From: Lama glama
Lineage: Eukaryota
Reading direction: 5' to 3'
Length of the DNA stretch: 64,000 nt
NCBI GenBank assembly: GCA_028534125.1
Contig: CM052816.1
Coordinates: 20,028,001-20,092,000, forward strand
Under the pieces are notes generated by a model, which saw only the letters and a program-made list of their open reading frames with translations, had not been told where the DNA came from and searched no databases. Position 1 is the stretch's first letter. The number at the start of each line of letters is the position of its first letter. A program made the position numbers and the translations under genes. Positions 59,351 to 64,000 of the stretch are shown here, one piece after another.

Positions 59351-59900
59351 ACTTAAAATGCTCAGGGTTGCAGGCATCAAAGGACACTGACTTTATCCAT
59401 TCACAAAGCACTTGGGGACCACCCCCCCTCTTATGAGCACTCTCATCCTTGCTGAGTGTGTGTTCCATGGGTCTCGCTTGTCTCCATCTCTAGGCTCTGA
59501 GCCTTGCAGGTCAGAGGCTGCATCCTGTTCCACACCATCCACTCCATACACCTGCCTGGCACACAGTTGGTCTTTGTAAGTCCATGCTAGTTGGTGAAGA
59601 CACCTGTTGTGCAGAACGGTAACAAGGCCAGCTGAGCCAGCTGAGGTCTATAAGCCTAGGGGCTACTCTTCCTTCCAGCTGGACCTATAGGGCCCAGCCA
59701 CTAAATGTTCCAGGGCTTCCTGGCCTAGAACTTAGGACACAGCACTGCAGTAGAGTGACCCAGTTTGTTTTTCCCATACTGCCCACAAACTTGGTCCTAA
59801 CTCTTCTAATTGTGTAGAATAACGTGCTGTTTAAAAGCACATGGTCAAGGTTGGATACTCTGTCCCTCAACTGCTGTGTGACCCAAGGCAAGTGACTTTA

Positions 59901-60035
59901 TGTATTTTGTGAATCTAAGATTCCATCCATTGTAAGGTGCACCATATTTTATGGCCCAACAAAAAAGGACAAAACCCTTCCTGCCAGTTAAACTATGCTA
60001 AGTCATCAATTGTAAGGTACATCTCAATTTAAGAT
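59901..60035 (+). mobile_element. DNA transposon MITE fragment (MER96B-like), interrupted by the L1
   Basis: CTAAGATTCCATCCATTGTAAGGTGCACCAT..CATCAATTGTAAGG; apparent continuation AAAAAATGTGCATTTTA at ~60838-60858; family assignment from memory. Confidence 0.5.
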
Positions 60036-60039
60036 TTGT

Positions 60040-60838
60040 CTAGACACTTCACAAAAGAAAATATTCGAATGGCTGATAAGCACATGAAAACATGTTCAAT
60101 ATCATTAGTCATCAGGGAAACACAATTTAAAATCACAGAGAGATACCATTACCATAGCCATCAAAATGGCTTTAAAAAAATCCCAGACTAACCTAACAAC
60201 ATACTGGGTGTTGGTGAGGGTGTGAAGCGACTGTACTGCTGCTGGGACTATAAAACCACTTTGGATAATAGTTTGGCAGTTTCTTCAAAACTTAAACATA
60301 TACCTATCATATGACCCAGACATTCTATTTCTAGATATTTACCCAAGAGAAATGAAAATAAATGCACACAATGACTGTCTATAAATGTTTAGAGCAAACT
60401 TATTTTGTAATAGCCCCAAACTGGAAACATCCCAAATGTCTACTAATAAGTGAATAGATAAACAAATTGTAGTACATGCATTCAATGGAATAGCACTCAG
60501 CAACTGAAAGTAGTTAACTATTGCCACACGCAACAATCTGGATAAATCTCACAACAATGTTGAATGAGAAAATCTAGACAAAAGAGGATACATACTGTGT
60601 TTAGATTGATATAAAACTACAAAATGTAAAGGAATCTATATTGACAGCAAGTAGGTCCATGGTTGCCTAGCGCTGGGGTGGAAGGAGGGAGGAATGGATT
60701 ACAAAGAGGTATGAGGGATCTTTGGGGGGTGATGGGGGGTCTGTTAAGTTGATTGTGGCAATGATTGTGTGAGTATAAACAGGTCAGAACTTCACTGTAT
60801 ATTTTAAATATGTAGAGTTTCTATCTTAATGAAGTTGA
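60040..60838 (+). mobile_element. Old L1 (L1M-type) 3' fragment: degenerate ORF2 end plus 3' UTR
   Basis: Typical motifs AGACACTTCACAAAAGAAAATAT..AAGCACATGAAAA..TCATTAGTCATCAGGGAAA, CATATGACCCAG..ATTTACCCAAGAGAAATGAAA. Confidence 0.85.
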
Positions 60839-61229
60839 AAAAAATGTGCATTTTAAGGAAAGGATGCTTTCCTTGTCTGTGACCCAGGAATATTGTTATG
60901 AGGCTTAAATGAGATAAGACATTAGTGCAATATCTGGTGCTTTACTTCTGAACATGGCTTGCAGTTTTTATTCCACTATGAGGGGGCCTGGGCCTGGAAG
61001 AGGCCAAGGACCCTGCTATAGGTCCTGTGGTGAGTTGGTGCAGTGCAGGCCAGCATTCCCTGTTAGAGTGTGTCTCTGGCCCCAAGCATCCTGCACTGGC
61101 CCAACCCCAAATGGAACAAAACGGAACAATCCCAGTCTCCAAGGACTTGAGAATGGTCTGGCTGGTGGAAGCCAGGGCCACTGGGGACTGTAAATTGAAA
61201 AGCCCTCGGCATCTGATGTTGGGTCCTTA

Positions 61230-61610
61230 ATGAGGGTGATTGACCGCAGCGAGCAGAGTTGATGTCACCCACCCTGAGGCCTGCCCGCGTCAATGCAGTG
61301 GTCCTTCTACACAGCCTGTTTTGGCAAGTGACTGATTCAAAGCCACCCTTCATAGCAAGTGTGAGAAGCCCCCACCGCAGGCCGCCTTCGGGGCAGGCCA
61401 AGATTCGACATTACTCACAGCTTCCAGTACCTGCCTGAGTTCAAACAGGAAGCCTGGTTTTTCCTCTCGTGTCAACAACAACGTTTCTTTCTGTCTTTCT
61501 ATTCTGGCCTCTGGGCTCTCTTGTGGAGCCGGTTTCTTGGGGTGAAAGTCTAGGGCATCAGTGGTCCCCACCAGCAGAAGCCTTGGCCAGAATCTTCTCA
61601 CTTGGGGAAG
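61230..61610. promoter_or_regulatory. Candidate distal enhancer (RBPJ/RUNX/TCF/ETS)
   Basis: ACCGCA x2, TTCAAAG, TGTGAGAA, ACAGGAAG, TTCTCAC; CpG-retaining patch. Confidence 0.5.
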
Positions 61611-61679
61611 CCTGAAAGAGGACTTTCTGCCAGTAGGCTATGAAAATGACCTCGCTCATCTATGACTTTGTAAACCAAG

Positions 61680-62300
61680 GGAGCTTCTAACCAGGCACAT
61701 AGTAGGCCTTCCATACATGTTTGTTCAACTAATCTAGACTGAAATATAATATGTCTCAGAACAAATGCAGCTCCTCCCAGGTTCCTGGCTCAGCAAATAT
61801 CACCTCCACCTCTTCTCTTGGGCCAGACACACTAGTGGCACCTCTCCAGCTGTTCTACTTCCTCATTCCCCACCAGGCGGACACTCAGTCCATCTGTCCT
61901 TCTTCTTTGATGTTTCTCAAATCCATTCCCTCATCCCCACAATCTCTGTGATGATCTTAGTCCAGACCCCTGGTCCCCTTCATGTGATACTGTCACTCTC
62001 TCTTCTGTCCCACCTGGTCCTGCTCCATCCACAGACCACACAGCAACCAGAGCCCTCCTTTTTAGACACTTGAGGGACCACATCACAAATGGACCTTCTT
62101 TGCTTACTATCCTTGTGAACCTTGTGTGGAAACTCTAAAGTTCCTACTGAGGCCTACAAGGCCCATCTCTCAGAACTTACCCCTGCTCCCAGGGTGTTCT
62201 CTGGGGGCTGTGGATACTCAGACACTTGGGGTTCCCTAAGCAAGCCTTAATCTTCCTGGCCCCCTGGGCTTTGCATGATGCTCTGAATAGGCCCCTACCT
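61680..62300 (+). mobile_element. Degenerate L2 fragments
   Basis: Pyrimidine-rich L2-like motifs (TCTCAAATCCATTCCCTC, CCACACAGCAACCAGAG, GGCCTACAAGGCCC); approximate. Confidence 0.5.
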
Positions 62301-64000
62301 GCGCCAAGACCTCTCACCCTCCAGCCGAATCCCCCCTCCCCATTCTCTTTCACCTTTCCTGAGGAATTGCCCTAGTTGATTTCCCTCCTGTGCATGTGTG
62401 TGTAACTTGGTTTTGCATGTGTCACCCACATATATTTCCAGCTTCTGAGGGCAGGGGTCTGATTTGGCTCTATGTCTGCGGGCCAACCCAGCCCTGTCTG
62501 GTCAAGGAGGATCCCACATGGAGCAGGGGCTTGGCAGGTGTGTGCTGGAACAGCCATCTCTCTGTGCTCTTCATAGACTCAGGGGATCTGACTTGGGTCA
62601 GGAAGCAGCTGGTATATAGCAGGGACTCCCCACCTCTCTCTGCCCCCCAGGGCTCCTAATGCAGCTTGCTTTATAAGGGACATGTCCTGTGGCATTGATA
62701 GTTAGGGGTAAGGCCAAAGGGGACGGGTCTCTTTCCGGAGGGAACTTCTATGGACATTGAATGCCTTTCGTGTCCTTCTCTGGCTTTAGCTGGAGATCTG
62801 ACCTGTGTCCAAGGCTGGAACATTCAGCCAACAACATTCCATTTTTATTGAGCTCTGAAGTATTCAATATTCCTGGACTCCTGGAGAAATGGGCCTCCCT
62901 GGACTGGATGGAGGCTGGGAAGGCAAAAGGAAGTTCCTAGCTCTTTTCTGTGGCTATTGTGAGGATTAATGAGTGAATATACATAAAGCTCTTAAACAGA
63001 GAGAGACACACAGTTAGTGCTATATATGTGAGTCTTGAAGATGATGGTGATGACGAAGGTCCGTGGGCATCGCAGCATCACAGCATCGCAGGAAGTGCAC
63101 AGATCCCACTGCACAGTGGGGCTGGGCCAGAGACTCCTCTTTTATGAGGGCTAAGTTCTGGTAGGGGAAAGGCTGCTTCTGGCACATTCCAGATGCTCCA
63201 TAAGAATTTATTGAAAGAAGTTAAGTTTTTGGTTTTTTGGACCAGGTGAAGTGAAGTTTTTTCCTGTGCCAGGGAAGGAAGACTTTGCTAGGCAATTGAG
63301 AGTAAGGAGGTTTAAGGATGAAGGTTTAATCTCTTAAAAGAGGAAACATTTTAAGTGCTTACAAGGACAGTGCTACTTAGTAATAATTATTTTCTGGTCA
63401 CTAAGTCGTATCTTCCCCCAGAACGGGGCCAAATTGGACAAAGAGTGGGCAATCTGCATTTGAAAACAACCTGATACAGCTTCCATAGGGTCAGGTTGTT
63501 GTCTCTGCTGCCTCTTCAGCCTCCTGCTCCTAATGGCCCTGGGTCCTTGGATGGGATGATGCCCCCTGGAGGGCATTTGGCCCAGCCCCCTGCCCCTGAC
63601 CAGGTGCACATGGCCACCACGGAGGGAGGGCCATGTCCTGAACTCTTTGCAGGCTGCTGTGCTGTAAGAGCTCTCAGACTGGGCCTGGAGTCCCTCCCAC
63701 ACAGACCCTCCTCAGACCTGAATCCACTGGGGACCAGGTTGTGCTGGGTTCTGGGTGCTGGGGAGACAGCAGTGAGCAAAGGTGACTCAGCCCTGCCCGC
63801 ATGGAGCTCAGGGGCCAGGAGGGGAGATGGGGAGACAGACATTGCACAAACATGAGCCATATATAAACATATCATTGTAACATGTGCCACGTACAAAAGG
63901 AAGTGTCCGAGATGAAAGTGAGGGCTGACCTCAGCAGGAAACAACCTGGTCTCAGGGACTCAGGAAGGCGTCCCCAAGAAGTGAGGGTTCAGCAGAGACC

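Overview
Mammalian genomic DNA containing the complete TCF7 (T-cell factor 1) gene on the minus strand plus ~29 kb of upstream non-coding sequence. A camelid origin is likely, inferred from two vic-1-like tRNA-derived SINEs. The ATG is at 34307 in a CpG island, and all coding exons could be assembled by hand with GT-AG sites and consistent phases. These cover the beta-catenin-binding N-terminus, a 93-nt cassette exon, the HMG box, the basic tail, the C-clamp (CRARF) exon and three alternative terminal acceptors. The likely poly(A) signal is at 2752-2757. The rest is introns and intergenic DNA with MIR/L2/L1/DNA-transposon relics, an ERV solo LTR and several dense T-cell transcription-factor motif clusters. 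I found no evidence for a wholly new biological system. The most notable observations are: (1) an apparent +1 frameshift that replaces the end of the TCF1E tail; (2) decay of the exon matching the human ETNWPRELK tail; (3) two candidate Notch/RUNX/GATA/TCF enhancers at ~57.0-57.5 kb and ~61.2-61.6 kb; (4) paired HMG+Helper sites suggesting autoregulation by the C-clamp isoform; (5) convergent CTCF motifs; (6) a 55-bp young L1 insertion carrying a sense poly(A) signal in intron 3. Comparisons with human/mouse are from memory and need alignment to confirm.
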